From Octopus sinensis (lineage: Eukaryota): a stretch of DNA of 64,000 bases. Shown here one piece after another: positions 62,621 through 64,000 of this stretch (the first letter of the stretch is position 1; the number at the start of each line of letters is the position of its first letter). Where the stretch lies: positions 29,946,001 to 30,010,000 of the forward strand of contig NC_043015.1 of NCBI RefSeq assembly GCF_006345805.1, written 5' to 3'. The notes below the pieces were generated by a model. That model was not told where the DNA came from, made no database searches, and worked only from the letters and a program-made list of their open reading frames with translations. A program made the position numbers and the translations under genes.

Positions 62621-64000
62621 GCCTGGTGGGTCACATGATATATATATATACATATACACACACAAACATACAAATGAGTGATGTGTGTGCAAGTGAGTAT
62701 TTGTATATATATATAAATATGTGCATAGCTGTGTGGTTAAAAGTTCACTTTGCAACTACGCAGTTTCATATTCCGTACCACCGCATTATAGTGAAAGCCT
62801 CATCAATGAACTTTGTAGGTAAAAAATGAAAAGAAGCCTGGTGTACACACATACTCACATGCGTGCGCACATGAATGGGTGGGTTTCTGTTTTGCACAAA
62901 ATGTCTCTTTCTCATATATATATATGCATCAAAATACATTGTATATGTATATGCATACACACAGGTATTCAGGATGTATTGGTGGACAGCATTGGAGGAT
63001 GTAAAAATTGAAGTTGCAGTTAAGAAAAAACTGTCGTGACGGACTGGAAGCCATCCAGATATTGGGAAAGAGTTACTTGTATCATCATGGTTTGTGCCAG
63101 GTATCAAAATTGCCAACATCATGACTTCTGCTGTAAGATGTGACACAGACAACTACAATGGTGACCATGGCCACCAAGAAGGGACACAGTAGGCATTCCG
63201 ATAGTGTCCACACACTGGAATTCATCCTCACACCTTTGAAAAAGGCTTTAGGTTTAATTCAGATGGTTACATGAGGCTGCTGGAGACTGATCACTATCTG
63301 GCTGGAGAGGGTTGTTGTTGCTGTTGCTGGTTGTTTGTTTGTTGAGTGGAGCGGTCTTCGTCCCATTTGTCTGTAGTGGGAGAAGTCCGAAACGTGGTCC
63401 TTTGCTATTCGTAAGACCTGCAGAAGAGAAAGCAGGTCAACCCCCGAAACCGAGAGCATCGACGGATGGATGAATGCGCATCCAGGCTCAGCGGTTGCGT
63501 AGGAAGTCGGGGACAAGAAACAGGAAGAAAGAGTGAAAGAAAGTTGGAGCGAAAGAGTACAACAGGGGTTGCCACCCACACCCCTGCTGGAGCCTCGTGG
63601 AACTTTAGGTGTTTTCGCTCAATAAACACACACAACGCCCGGTTTTGGGAATCGAAACCGCGATCCTCTGACCACGAGTCTGCTGCCCTAACCACTGGGC
63701 CACTGCGACTCCACTGTTGCTGCTGCTGCTGGAAGGCCATATGTGTGGCAGTAATATTTGTCCCCTTGCTATACTTCTGGCAAAAGGTAGAAGTGGTTGT
63801 TGGAGAATTTCTATGCCTGTCTTACCTCCTCACCCCTCTGTTCCTAATAACCAACGTTCGGATACATATATTTGCTACTTTCGAGAGCTCATATCGTTAA
63901 CATATCTCTTTGTCCCCTCCTCTTTACTACGTTCTACATTTAATTTCTCCTCCTGATTTCACTTCCCCATATCTTTAAACGATGATGATGATGATGATAT

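Overview
AT-rich, repeat-dense animal genomic DNA. The SINE families and (TA/TACA)n tracts look like an octopus or other cephalopod; that assignment is inference. One protein-coding gene can be fully reconstructed by eye on the minus strand: a SAP130 (Sin3A/HDAC complex subunit) orthologue. It has 19 phase-consistent GT-AG coding exons from 56289 to 21189 (2961 nt, 986 aa) plus a probable 5'UTR exon at about 57694-57835. The rest is mostly mobile DNA: at least five tRNA- or RTE-related SINE families, a 5'-truncated CR1/L2-group LINE, several RTE LINE fragments, a full-length dead mariner, two non-autonomous Helitrons, TTAA (piggyBac-like), hAT and mariner MITEs, a 22-bp GCGCATGCGC minisatellite and a ~5.7 kb microsatellite. 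Best leads: (1) a small repeat, one copy flanked by a 12-bp direct repeat, that folds into a minimal type I hammerhead ribozyme with a G3-C8 swapped core, with one copy in the sense orientation of a SAP130 intron; (2) a spliced 49-aa uORF with a transmembrane-like segment overlapping the SAP130 start codon; (3) a LINE 3' tail sharing sequence and a covarying stem-loop with the commonest SINE. All of these are manual readings and need computational and experimental confirmation.
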